A stretch of DNA of 53,816 bases, the filler included, from Squatina squatina (taxonomy: Eukaryota), in assembly GCA_031763465.1 (NCBI GenBank). It is 3 parts of 3 records of this genome, joined end to end, with 100 filler letters (N's around TTAATTAATTAA, not from the genome) between each part and the next. Parts side by side here need not be neighbours in the genome. Positions count along the whole stretch, not along the records: positions 20,103 to 38,621 come from JARFOE010000080.1; 2 more parts are not named here. One strand, 5' to 3'. The translations under genes and the position numbers were made by a program. Below the pieces are notes generated by a model that did no database searches, was not told the DNA's origin, and saw nothing but the letters and a program-made list of their open reading frames with translations. This document shows positions 23,783-36,700 of the stretch, piece after piece; within the stretch, counting starts at the first letter, position 1; each line of letters begins with the position of its first letter.

Positions 23783-26210
23783 NNNNNNNNNNNNNNNNNN
23801 NNNNNNNNNNNNNNNNNNNNNNNNNNNNNNNNNNNNNNNNNNNNNNNNNNNNNNNNNNNNNNNNNNNNNNNNNNNNNNNNNNACAGATCTATTAGAGCGC
23901 TAAAATTATACCTATTGGCCCCATATAGCCACCAGCTATAAAACTGTCAATTGGGTGCCCTGTGATTTTGATTGGATTGAAGAAAAGTGACTGCTAAAGG
24001 CAAAACTTTACAGAAGATATTTTGTGTTACCTTAACGTGTCTACAATGAATGTCATCAGTTGTATTAGCATAATTAGTGTTATTATTCCCATTCCAGTAT
24101 TACCATAATCATCGTAATTCATGTTAACTTCATTGAAGTCACAGTGTCAAGAAGAAAGTAAAAATCACTTTAATATACTTACAAGTACTTATTCTAAATA
24201 CCTGCTGTCACAAAATACATATTATGCATTTTCTGGCAGAAGTAATTGGTCTTCTCAAAGTGGTAATGGAAGGCAACGTGGACAGGTTGATGTCAACACT
24301 CATTTTCATTATTTCTGGTATTTTCACATGCAATGCAGAACACAACCTTTTAGCCATACTACTGGATGTGAGCAGTTAAGAAGTCTCTGTGAGTAACACC
24401 TTTTTTAAATTTAGTGAGACATTTAATAATGTACAACAACAGCTGTGCGAAAAGTAAATCATTTATATTGTCAAGGAGATCAAAATAGTAACTTTGTAAA
24501 TGAGGCTTAGAGAACTGCAAAAATACTAAGAGCAAGACCCAGCTCAAAAATTAGTAGGTATGAGTAGATCTCCTGTGACATTGCTTGTGGTAATCTGGGT
24601 ACGGGGTTGGGAGTAAAGCAATTGTGTGGGGAAGGGAGCATATGGTTGGTAATAGATTTAGAGCAGTCGAGTGGAGAATGTACTATTAGCAAAGGGGCAT
24701 AAAAAGGAGCAATCAATTNNNNNNNNNNNNNNNNNNNNNNNNNNNNNNNNNNNNNNNNNNNNNNNNNNNNNNNNNNNNNNNNNNNNNNNNNNNNNNNNNN
24801 NNNNNNNNNNNNNNNNNNAAGGAACAAGTACAACAAAATGGTTTCATCTGGAACCGGTGCTGCTGAATGATTATACTTCGTATAAGAGAGAAGAAAATGA
24901 TTGACTCTCGCACTTTCAAAGCAAAGTGATTTCCACAATACTGAAGGAACAAGAAAGTGTACTGTGATTCATTGAGTTGCCATTCAGACTTTTTTTTTCC
25001 ATCAAAATCTATTTCTTATGATAATGCCTTTGACAGGAAAGCAAAAGAAGTAATATGTAGGATGTTATAAACTACAGACGATGTAGAACACAATGCATCA
25101 GCTCCAACAATGCTACAAAGCACTGTGCTGTGTGTGGGTCCATGTTTAAAATGTGCACCCTGAAATTGAGTTCTTGAAAGGTGAAAATATACTAGATCCT
25201 GAAAATTTAACAAAGAAAAAGCAATACTAATTCACTGATCTAAGACAGTTTAAGACATTGGTTCAATAAATTATTACTTTTTGAATTACTTGCAATGTTC
25301 AAATCTTTTTACCACCAAGAACCTTTAAGGAATGAAATTTTTTATGTGAATATTGATGAAACTGTAAATGAAAGAATAACTAAAGGTTCATTGAATTTTT
25401 AAAACATTGATTTGTGAATGTCTTATTTGAAGATATTTGATCAGCCTTTTCTTCATGAGTTTGGACAGTTGATAGATAATTACATATCTAAGCAGCCTAT
25501 GTCATGACATTTGTTGAATTTTCTTTGACATCTGATTATAATTACACCTCTGTCTTTGTACTATGGGTTTATTTCTCTGATGGAGCTTCTTACCAAAACA
25601 TGGAAGGGCTGAATTTCCAATTGCCCGATAGTGTGGGTTAAGAGAAGGTAATGGATGGATGGAATAATATTATTTGGCAGTCGTGTATCCTGAAATCACA
25701 GGGCCAATTTTTATACAATCCAAACATTAGCCCCATGATGTACAGATAAATGACTTATAGTTTATGGAAGCTATCAACCAGTCACCATTATTTACACCAT
25801 ATCATTCTTTCCCATCACAAGTATCTGAAGCATTCTAAAGCTAAAGCTGGAGATTGACTTTAGTTGAATTTATGAAACAGCATTTGGAACTGGCTCTGGA
25901 TTATGTCAATGATAAAAAAGGTACTGATTGGAAGAGAACTATTGTAAAAATCTGATNNNNNNNNNNCAGAATATTTCATTGTTTTTTATCAGAGCTAGTG
26001 CTTCAGTGAACTACTGATTAGTACTGAATAACTTCAAAATGTTATTAAAGACTAAAGTGAGCTCAAGATCCCTTGTGTTTCTGTTAAAAAGGTAAATTAT
26101 GGTCTGTTTCCTACTCTTTAATACTTTTTGTTCCTTCTCTCTGTCTTTCTGTTTGCCTTCTACTAAAACTATCCCTTTCTTTCTCTCTCTGTATATATGC
26201 CTCACACATT

Positions 26211-26367
26211 GGGCTAATTTTAACTTTTATCACCAGGCTAAAAATGGACAATAGCGAATCAGCCGCCTGTTTTACAACCTGCCTGATTGACTTCAATGGA
26301 AAAGGAAAGCGGTAGATGAATCTCGATCACCTGTTTTTTATCCTGTGATAAAAGTTAAAATTACCCC
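26211..26367. mobile_element. Harbinger/Tourist-like MITE with 3-bp TSD
   Basis: TIRs GGGCTAATTTTAACTTTTATCAC / GTGATAAAAGTTAAAATTACCCC, flanked by ATT on both sides. Central ATTGACTTCAAT palindrome. Confidence 0.85.
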
Positions 26368-26511
26368 ATTTTTGTTTATTGTCACCAGTTTATTCCTTGG
26401 GTACTTTGGGAGTCACAGATTGGCATTCTTATATTGATAGGCTCCCAATGTCACTCGCAATTTACTGTTTTTATTGCCTTTTCTTGATAATGTTACAGAA
26501 TTCGAATAATT

Positions 26512-26854
26512 GGGCAGGAATTTGTCAAGTTAATGCAGCTGAAATTGTGGTCGGAGCCCTCCTGCGGAGGCAGGCCTCTGACCAGAAAGTTCCATACGAA
26601 CTTACCTGATGGTCTGGTGGCAGTGAAAACTTCGGTTCTTGGGCCTCCACAGGTAGGTAGACAGAGCAGCTCTGGGATCTCTCCAGTGTGGCAGATCACG
26701 CGGGAGGCCCCAACCAATCAGGTAGGAGTATCCCCCATTCATGCTTCTCCTGATCTCTGCCATATATGGAGATCAGTATGAATGGGAGACAGTAAAACTG
26801 CACAAGCACTTAAAAATACATTTTAAAAACTACTGAAGCATTAAAATTTAATAA
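26512..26854 (+). repeat. Interspersed repeat family, copy 1 (probable non-autonomous DNA transposon)
   Basis: Clearly similar to 38290-38621 (+) and 41085-41303 (-). Starts GGGCAGGAATTT; contains CCAATCAG and an internal hairpin. Confidence 0.8.
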
Positions 26855-28098
26855 NNNNNNNNNNNNNNNNNNNNNNNNNNNNNNNNNNNNNNNNNNNNNN
26901 NNNNNNNNNNNNNNNNNNNNNNNNNNNNNNNNNNNNNNNNNNNNNNNNNNNNNNGAGCACAGGGGTGATGGGTGAGCGGGACTTGGAACTCCTGAACAAG
27001 TACTGAGTGCAGCTGCCTGATGCTACCATTCCAATGGCCAGCATGTTATAATTTTTTGTGTGAAGAGGTCACATTATCAACAAACCTTTGGAAACTTTAA
27101 ATGAAAGCCATGTGTCATGATGTAATTTTTCATAATGCATGTTAGGGAGGATGGTAACAATCCATTTTAAAACAAAATTTATAGCATTATGATGCAAATG
27201 GTTACAGAGTATTTTTTTAATGCAGCAATAAATATTCATGTAGCTGACTCTTCCAAATTATTTTCTAACTTTATGTCTTTACTTTCTTGATATAAAATAC
27301 CTCAACAGGAAAAAACTTTCTCATATTAAAGCTCTGCTACTTCAGATGAGACAATCGCTTTTTTATGCAAATCTCTGAAACCAGCAGCATCAAATGCTTC
27401 ATAGAGCTCTTATTGAGATTCTTTCCTTTTCCTTGTAACAATAAATCATACTGGAATATCAATATAAGTAGCATCTCGGAGGACATCATGAAATAAATGA
27501 AAGAAATACACAAACCTGATTTTTCACAAATAACACACCAAACTCACTGCATTCATAAAGGGCATAACCCTCAAGTCCACATACACAACTAGTATATTTT
27601 GTTCTTTCCAATTCACTGTTTATGTGTAGAAGACAACATTCTTGTTCCCTATAAATTCACCAATCCACCAATTCCCATGAATCATGACTGCTCTGAAGCA
27701 CAAGCGGTTCTTCCCACTTGTTAATGTCTTGACTTGCCTCTTGGGTTATAAGGATTTTATGAGCATTGTTCCCTGACGTGTCTCATCAAATGTGCATTTA
27801 AAATGTGTAAATTAATGTCCTCATCAAATTTTAATTGAATACTTCCCCTAACAGTGGTTGTTTTCTCATCATTAAATGTAAATTTANNNNNNNNNNNNNN
27901 NNNNNNNNNNNNNNNNNNNNNNNNNNNNNNNNNNNNNNNNNNNNNNNNNNNNNNNNNNNNNNNNNNNNNNNNNNNNNNNNNNNNNNGGGATGGAGGAGTC
28001 TGCCTCCACCTTGGCCCTTGGTTTGAAGCAGAGCCTGAAACCCATCCTCTCCAGCCCTTGAGAGGCTGTGGGTCATGATGGTCCCGCCTCAGACTGCA

Positions 28099-29700
28099 CT
28101 ATCTTAGCATAGGCTTGTGCAGTCTGGGCCGCCTGGCTGACCGGCAACTGCAAGGGCAATTGTGGAGTGGCGGGAGAGGGAGCTGGAATGCTGCCGTCCA
28201 GACAGAGCCACTAGGTTCTTGCTCCATGATTCCCGCGCCACTACCTCGGGGCATCTTTTCAGTCAGACCAGTGATCTGCTGGAGGATAGATCTCTGGGCA
28301 GCTGAGACACACTGCAAGCCCCTTTCAACCGAGCATCCCACAGCCACCAATGCAGCTGCCTGAGCTTCCATTGCAGCACTTTGCCATTCCATGGAAGCTG
28401 CAACCTCAGTCATCAGGCATTGCCTGATGGGCTCCACAGGTTGCTGGCTGGACTTGGCCATCCTCTCCACACTGGAGAGAAAGGGATTCAGGCTCTGCTT
28501 CAAGCCATGGGCCAAGGTGGAGGCGGACTCCTCCATACCCCTACCCTTAACCTGTAATCTTTCTGCCAGGCTGTCCATTGCACCAAGCATTTGGTTTATC
28601 ACACCCATCAGCCTTCTCCTGAAGCTTGGTCCTGCAAGGTCTTCATCTGACTCCTCTACAGCAGAACTAATATGTGACTTTACCCCCCCGGCAAAGTGGC
28701 ACTTCTGGTGTCCCTCCACCCAGCGTGGCTGCTGCCCGCTCGTGCCCTGTGCATCCCACTGTGAGGATCCTTTTTCTACCCTAGCCGCTAAGTGATGCGT
28801 GGTGCCGGTCTCTGAGCTGGTGCCTGTGACAGTGGTAGCGATTGACGCAGTGCATTCTTCCCAACTCTCATCCTCCTCCTCTTGCTCCAGGGAGCGAGGT
28901 GGGTCTTGCTCCCGAGAGCCTGCAATGATAAAGCTAGAACGGTTAGGGTGCAGCGCATGCGGCTACTATAGGAGGACATGTGTGATGAGACCATACGGAG
29001 CTTGGGAGTGAGAATAGAATTTGGGGATTAGGAATCAGGAATAATTGAGAATCTGTAAGCAAGCTGGAGTGGTCAAATACCTCAAGGCGATACGCCCCCT
29101 GCTCTGCCTCTGGCCACGGCGTCTCCGTCTCCCCTCCCGATCATAGCCAGCACTACCTCCTCAAGGGGAGTGATGTCATGCAGGCATGCTTTGCCTCCAT
29201 TGTTCTGGTCCTGTTGCCACCTGTTATGTATTATCTTGTCCTGGAAGAGAAAGAGTGGTGATTGTGAATGAGCGTATTGACAGGTGTATTTGTGTGATGC
29301 CTCAGATGGTTAAAGAGCCGTGAGATGTGTTGGAGGTGTGAGTCGTGCCTGTGAAGGATGCAATAATGTGTGAATGTTGATGTATGGTTAGATGGTGGGT
29401 GGTGTGTTGAGGTTGTGATGCAGGTGGTGGTGCAATTATTGAGCAGTGCGTTTGTGAGATGGGATCTTACCTTGACCACTCGTGTTATGCCGTTAAATTT
29501 CTGCGGCACTGGAGCCATGTCCTGGAGTCAGAGCTCATGGCTGTCACCTCCTGGGTGATATCCACCCGCATTAGCTGCCTCTGTGGTGTCCTTGCCATCT
29601 GTGGGTATAGGACATCCCTCCTCCTCAGGGGCTCCTCCACCAGGACCTCCAGTTCCGCATCCGAGAAACTGGGTGCCCTCTCTTTCAGTCCCTGAGCCAT
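28099..29700 (-). mobile_element. Harbinger Myb/SANT-like (NAIF1-like) DNA-binding gene, three exons, disrupted
   Basis: Exon 1, 29700-29471: MAQGLKERAPSFSDAELEVLVEE...RTWLQCR/KFNGITRVVK, GTAAGA donor, 1-nt frameshift near 29500. Exon 2, 29240-29081: DKIIHNRWQQDQNNGG..ITPLEEVVLAMIG, TGA at end. Exon 3, 28919-28099: open, acidic then coiled-coil-like. GGGG-starting terminus near 29971. Confidence 0.85.
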
Positions 29701-31734
29701 CCTTCAACATTCGTTTCTCTCCCAGCCAGCGTATTTCAGTGGAAGGGGGTGAGCTAAGGCTCAGTATACAGCTCCACGAAAATTGCTTCTAATCAGTGCA
29801 TGAGTGCTAAACCTGCTGGTGTCTGCTTTAGCACCTCCAGGCAAGTTCAAATTATGGTAATCAGCAATTAGGACTAAAATTGTGTGCTGAATCCAGACTT
29901 TCAAACAGGCGTGTCTCATTAGCAATGTACCCATTTAGCGCCTGTCTTCGCCCTTTGGCCAAAATAACCCCTGTAAAATTATTTTAAATCTAAATTTATG
30001 ACATTGTTACCTAATCAACAATATATATTTTTAAATGCTGTGTTATGTCACCATTAGGTAAGCAATAAGTCACACAACAGTAGATCAGCTTATTTGAACT
30101 AATGCTGCTGCAAAATCATGACATTAATTTTTTTGCTCTTCAAAGTTTGGAAAACTGATTGTTCACTTCCTTTGATTAGACTTTTATGCTGTTTAGTGAT
30201 CACACTGACATTAGAAAAATGCAAGCTGTTGATCCTAGTGTTCGGTAATATAATCAATCGTATGACTGACATTACAAAGTTCTCCATTTCTTGTGAGATG
30301 TGGGTGCATTTGCCGATTTAGATCATACACAGGACACCAAGGTAACATCTAGCAATATACACAATTGGCTCAGTAAGTGTAAAATTCCCTTATAGTTTTT
30401 GGAACAGATATTTTAAGCTGTTATTTTTCATCAAAAACAAGGACACCATTTTAATATCTAATCACGATGCTAGCAGATTTCTTCAGCTGAGAGACTCTTT
30501 CAGTAAGAATATATTTTTGTCTAATCTGCTAAACAAGGGCTGTAATTTGTTGGCAGCCAGATAACTAGTTTTGACAGTTACAGTACCTTGTATTACTCAC
30601 TGGAGTCACACATCTGTAATTTCAAAGAGGTGTCCTGTGGTACAGACAGCCCAGCATACTTTTGTTGCTTTAATGAATGCAAAAGCAGGTAACACTGATG
30701 TTAGTAATTGCTTTAATTCTTTGTCCTTGTTTTCCAGATAGATCACATTAAAACACAGCCATTTAACAATAGCAGTTGAGTTATTCCATACAACATATGC
30801 TGTTCTCACCAGTTGCCTGGTGTAGCTCTGAGCCCTATGGGATGACAGGACTGATAAATGCAGAGCATAAGCCCAAGGACCAAGGGAGGCTGGGGAAGTC
30901 AGGACCTCAATCAGGCTTCATTCAATTACATTTCAAGTCAACAAACCTTGATAGCAAAAATCCCTCCCGAATACTGCTCTGATTAATGCTGCTTGATGCC
31001 AAAATAATGTAATTAGGCAATAATGAGTGGGTGTATATTATGTTGGCTATCAGGACTAGCTGCTGACCTTGGTGACTTCTACTTAAATTAGAAAACAAAT
31101 AGCTCAAAGTACAGCTTAATGAGGCTGTGCAAATACCTCATTGCTATTCAGCATTACTTTTTTTGTTTTGTTGTTAATTAAAATGTTGAGGTTATGTTTT
31201 TATTAAGCTGATATGGACTTAATGGAAAGCTCTTCACAGAAAATGGGCAGCAAAGTGACTAAATAATGAATAGGCAGCAAATTGACTAAATAGTGTCACT
31301 GATGAGCTTTCAGCTCAAGTTGCCTCTCTTAGTTTTCACCTCTTGNNNNNNNNNNNNNNNNNNNNNNNNNNNNNNNNNNNNNNNNNNNNNNNNNNNNNNN
31401 NNNNNNNNNNNNNNNNNNNNNNNNNNNNNNNNNNNNNNNNNNNNNATTTTACCACTGATTGTATTTACATGTTAAGTTACTGTCTCATTAGAATAGCAGT
31501 TGGGCTCCCCCATTGCCTGAGCCCTACACATCAGGAAGGGTCCAAGAATCATCTGCAAACTGCACCGAGCTACCTAATCTCAGCCTGGGTGAGGAAAAGG
31601 ATATTTGCCACCTTCTGTTAATATTGTGATCATTATTTAATACATAACCAGCAAAAAGTCGAAGTGGTTCTGGCATACTGGTCAACAACTGTGCATATTA
31701 TTCTTTCACAAGTAAACCAACATTTAATACCTCA

Positions 31735-31925
31735 GCATCCTGCTTGACCCTGAGATGAGCTGCAAACCCCACATCCTAGTCATCACCAAGGCCGCTTACT
31801 TCCATCTCTTAACATTGCTGGCCGCTGCGCCCATCTCAACCCCAACGCTACTGAAACCCTTATCCATGCGTTGTCACCTCCAGACTCAATTTCTCCAATG
31901 TTCTTCCTGCCACTGTCTCATCTTC
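31735..31925 (+). mobile_element. L2 LINE ORF2 remnant
   Basis: LDPEMSCKPHILVITKAAYFHL...ETLIHA..TSRL pattern of the L2 post-RT region, frameshifted. Confidence 0.75.
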
Positions 31926-34058
31926 TACCCACCATGAATGCCAACTTGTACAAAACTGAGCTGCAATACTATTTCCCACATTATGTTCTGCATCCCTTTC
32001 CACTCTGCCTTCAATTGCTTACATTTATCTGGGGGGTGCGGGGGGTGGGTGGAGAAGGCACTCAGTATCATCACAAAAAAAACAAAAAAAAGGAAAATAA
32101 AATCAAACTGTAGTGGACTTGTCCGTTGGTACCAGAGGAAGCTTACTACTGTCAATCTACACAAAAATCCATCCCAATATTTTTTAGTATCAGAGTGTTA
32201 ATGTTAGTAGCTCAATGTGTTTGTCAATGCAAGAGCAATTGACATTTTCCTTTAATAAATGCTTAGGAAAAGACAGCTCATCCGATTATTCAGTTACAAG
32301 TACCTGCCCTCCAGAGAGCCTAACAATTCTGCCAACTCAAGATGTCAGCTTGATTAAATCAATGCATATTATTAACTTCAAACTGGAAATGCATTAATAA
32401 ATAATGAGCAGACAGAGGGGAAAAAAAAAGCTTCTGGGTCAAATGCATCACACTGCAGTTTAACTTCTTCATCGGATACGTGATTGATAAAAATGAGTTT
32501 GGATTTACTTACGTTATGCATGGGAGGGTTTAATAGGGGGGAGAATACTTACCTCCCTGTTCAAGCCATATTCCCAGCAGCGGATATTTTAACTCACGGT
32601 TGACTTCCTCTGGTGCTCTTTGGTCCCCGGCAGCAGCCTCCAGCCTCCAGCCTCCAGCCGGCCTTCACGATAAATGCTGATGGGTTTGACTGGGAGATAG
32701 CGTTCACAAATTTAAATGAGGCCTGGATCCTAAAATAGCGTGAGTCTCACACTGGCGCGGGCGTGCGTGTTGCTCACTTCAGCCCTCGCACGCCACACTT
32801 GTGCTCCCAGTTATAATCGGGGCTGGGATCTCAACCCCAAATAAGTAAATTTTAATATTTTTGTTAGATTGGTTTGGACTACGACAGGAAAAAACTCAAC
32901 AATATAGAAACATTTCAAAATATGGAGACAATTCCAAGATATTACTGACAAATACACATTTCTAATTCAGTCACCATACTTTGAATAGTTGATATACTTG
33001 AAGGATTACTTTGAAGCATACATTACTGGCTCGTTAAACAGAATCTGCTCGTGTACACTGCTTCCCACATTCCAAAGGGAAAAAGGGGAAAATAGTGAAA
33101 TTAAACTCATAGAGTTCGACAGCTACTAAGGCAACATTTGCCAAATACAATAGAAGCCCAAATATTTTGCAACACAACTATATATTAATTTAATAAAATA
33201 CACAATATAGCTCTTAGTACAATTAACAAGTTTGGCTCATATGCACTGATATTGCAATAAATCAATTAAAAAGCTAGATTCAGTGTAAACACTTCATGAT
33301 TCTTACATTTGCACATCAATATGTTTTGTTTTGCTAGTACTTCATAGGTATTCCCCTTAATGAGTCATTTTAGTGTCCATCTTGAATGTAACACAAATAT
33401 CTACAAATATGGAACAGTATTTCTTCATCTGAGACACAACATATTTTACCATTGGACAATCATATGGTGACAACATTTTGATGGCTAAAATGCAGAGGAG
33501 GAATTTAAACAATTGGACACTAAAATGTCACTCTTTGGTAGTACAGCTTAGAGAATAACCCTTTTGTACTTGTTTTGTATTCGGTCTGAGAGCGTAGGGC
33601 AAATGTTTTCCCTCTGCAGAACCCATTTTATGGAAATATTTGAAAGCGGGTTTATACAAATGTTCTAGATGTGCATCGTTGCATAATGATCCAGGATGAA
33701 ATGTCCTGTGAGGTGACAATCAATGATGCACTGTTCACTGCAGCTAAACCTAATTCATAAGGACACCTACGTCAGCTGACAATAACTGCATACTCTGAAT
33801 TAAAGACTTGTAATGGTTTCTGGAAAGCTGATACCTGCTTCTCATCAATGCTGCTCTTCACTGGGGTTCCCCTTTTGAGAACGTGACAATCTATTTCACG
33901 TTGAGGAAGCTAACCTTCTCGCCATAGTGATCGCGAGACCTCCATGGGCAGATTTCTTCGAAGTCAGCAACGATCACCGTCGTTTGGCCACTGACCGTAA
34001 CTTACGGGCCATTATTGCCTAAATTTAGTCACTCTGATTGATAGCGGTTATTCCTCTG

Positions 34059-34284
34059 GTTACAGTAGCAACAAAGAGTTATTAGTCCAGCAACAATAAC
34101 CTCCGCATAGATTCGGGTCTGAGTGTTTTTAACATTGCTTTGTAAACATTTGAATTGATTTAAAACAAGACCACACATTTTTAATTTCAACTGCATAAAG
34201 CAATAGCAGTTTTTAGCTGTAATCCAATTAAAGCAAAGTGCTTTGAAAAGTGCAAATTGATCGAGTACCAGATACCATAGCAAC
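34059..34284. promoter_or_regulatory. Two RFX X-box-like motifs beside a locally CpG-enriched patch
   Basis: GTTACAGTAGCAAC (34059-34072) and GATACCATAGCAAC (34271-34284), each one mismatch from GTNRCCNNRGYAAC. Confidence 0.45.
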
Positions 34285-34916
34285 TGTAACTTCAAGGCTG
34301 AATCTTATCTCTTTTTTCAAACAAACGCCCCCTGCTTTTCACAGTTGCACAAGTAAACTTCAGTCGAAATAAATCCACACCAGCATCTTTAACTTAAAAT
34401 GTAAACTACAAAATTTTCCTCACTACTGGGAGCACAATCTTACATTTAAAAGAACATACTCATCCACCACTTTCATGCACCTTAAAAATATTGATCCCTG
34501 TAACAGGTTATGAACTCAAAATGCCAAATTTTTGCGTGATNNNNNNNNNNNNNNNNNNNNNNNNNNNNNNNNNNNNNNNNNNNNNNNNNNNNNNNNNNNN
34601 NNNNNNNNNNNNNNNNNNNNNNNNNNNNNNNNNNNNNNNNAAATGCAAGTAGTTTCTGTTTCCTAAGACACAAAAAAAGCAATGAAAAGTGCACAAATGG
34701 GCACTTTGAATTCTAGCTCACAAACATCAACCAGCTTGTATTCTGCCACTGGTGCTTCATCACCTGAAAGAAAAAATGCTGCCTTGAAACTTTTGAGTGA
34801 TTTGTCCTTTAGAAGGTAGTCAACTGTCACTAATTACACAGTGTTCACTTTCTCACAGTTGATGGGTCACTTCCTCGACAATCTTGTAAAAGCTTGTCGA
34901 TTTCTCGAACTACCCG

Positions 34917-35381
34917 CTAAGCATCCACTCCATCCCGTCCAAGGTCCCGGGTTGAGGGTTCGTACTGGTCCAGGACTGTGTCCACCTCATTGAATTCCCG
35001 GCCAACTCTAGAGTGCACATCTGCAAAGACGGTTGCCACTGCTTCAGGTGTAATGAAGTGGCTGTCACGTCGCTTATCAGGTGATGGGTAGTGGGGATCA
35101 GATGTTAAATATTGGGTGGTTGACTCTGCTGGTGTGTCGGCCATTTTCTGCTTCACTTCAAATCCACCCAGAGATCGTTTACTTGAGCTGTTACTGCCTG
35201 TAACTGAAGTCTTGTCAGGACTGCTTGCAGCTGATGAGACCTCTTGCAAGAGAGGACTAAGAGCACGCTTAGCTTTTAAATAGGGTTTTACATTTGCAAC
35301 GAGAATGGTGTGCTCTCGTTTGTCCTTTCCAAAAGTACAGAAAGTTTTTTTCCCAGTGGGAGTCGTGATTTCTTGAGTTTC
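34917..35381 (-). CDS. Unidentified open reading frame (about 154 codons, 5' end in gap)
   Basis: Stop-free from the gap edge to a TAG at 34917; Ser/Thr-rich. N-terminal GKKTF...HTILVANVKPY loosely resembles the tail of an LTR-retroelement integrase. Confidence 0.4.
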   Translation of the reverse strand, partial: ETQEITTPTGKKTFCTFGKDKREHTILVANVKPYLKAKRALSPLLQEVSSAASSPDKTSVTGSNSSSKRSLGGFEVKQKMADTPAESTTQYLTSDPHYPSPDKRRDSHFITPEAVATVFADVHSRVGREFNEVDTVLDQYEPSTRDLGRDGVDA

Positions 35382-35669
35382 NNNNNNNNNNNNNNNNNNN
35401 NNNNNNNNNNNNNNNNNNNNNNNNNNNNNNNNNNNNNNNNNNNNNNNNNNNNNNNNNNNNNNNNNNNNNNNNNNNNNNNNNCTGTGAAGTGCCTGTTTTA
35501 CTATGTTAAAGGCGTGATATAAATGCAAGTTGCTGTTGAGATTCCCCTCTCATAGGGACAACAGTGATTACTTGTTCCAGATTATTTATCCTCTAAATCA
35601 AAGATGTGTATAAATGGGTAGCATTGAAACGAACCCTTAGTGGAATTCTACATTCCAGAACGGATACCA

Positions 35670-36700
35670 TGGCCAAAAAAAGATCTGTGGAAATGCTGGT
35701 GTTTTATTCAGCAGGCACTCCTAATTCACTAACCAGTGTATGGAGAGTATCCTGCTAATGCGCTAACTTGCAGCTAACACCAGTTAGAGGTGATTCATTA
35801 TAATGGATAATTGCACCTTAGCCAGCTGCAAACTACTCACTGAACACCTGTTTCTGCCCGAAACAGCTAGCACGCTTAACTTGCTGAAGTGGTGACTTTG
35901 TAATTGACTATAGTCGTAATGGAAAATGGTTTGCGCAATTCGCTAAATTTAAACGATTGCCTGATTTAAAGTGGGCAGTTTAAGTGATGGCGACTGTAAC
36001 AATATTTTACTCCTCTGCTAACTACTTTCACATTTCACTCTGGAGCCACTTTCTTGCACATTCCCACTTCCTCGCTCTTACTCACAACTTTCTTCTTCTC
36101 TTTCCCGATATACACACTCTATAAAGCTGCCTCACAACATCGGTGTAACCCTTTCCAAGAACCACACATTAAATAACACCCGCCAATCATCCCACAGAAT
36201 AAGCTGGTGAGCAACAACTAGGAGAGGACCAGAATCGGGGGAGGGCTGGTCAACATGCAAGCCCTCACTCAGCTGGATGAAGAAGACTTGGAGATCATTG
36301 GGACCGGCAGCACTGGGAGCACTAAAAATGGCGAGACTGGGGACCAACTGCTCTCATGCAGGCTCAGCTTGCTCCCACGCAAGCTCAGACAGCTGTCATC
36401 ATGGCTGCGTTTACAAATGTGGAAAGGGTCTTGCAGNNNNNNNNNNNNNNNNNNNNNNNNNNNNNNNNNNNNNNNNNNNNNNNNNNNNNNNNNNNNNNNN
36501 NNNNNNNNNNNNNNNNNNNNNNNNNNNNNNNNNNNNCCTGTTGCCTGCTTTAGATGTAGGCACTGCACAACGATATTTTGTCCTTTCCCAAGATGGTGGG
36601 TGGCACACTTCCAGCTGGAAATATACGTGTGCTTCCTGGGAGCTTAGTAGACCAGTTAGTGCCTCAAAAATGGGCATTGCTCAGGTGAATTTATAGGCCA
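35670..36700 (+). mobile_element. Second degenerate Harbinger Myb-like element
   Basis: 36200-36310 reads KLVSNN*ERTRIGGGLVNMQALTQLDEEDLEIIG, homologous to exon 2 of the 28-29.7 kb copy. Ends GAATTTATAGGCC. Boundaries approximate. Confidence 0.65.

Noticed and set aside
28115-28795. Plus-strand ORFs of 82 and 134 aa
   Set aside because: Antisense shadows of the Harbinger Myb exon 3.
30601-30667. Possible minus-strand exon (QQKYAGLSVPQDTSLKLQMCDS) ending at GTGAGT
   Set aside because: No recognisable homology or partner exons; insufficient support.
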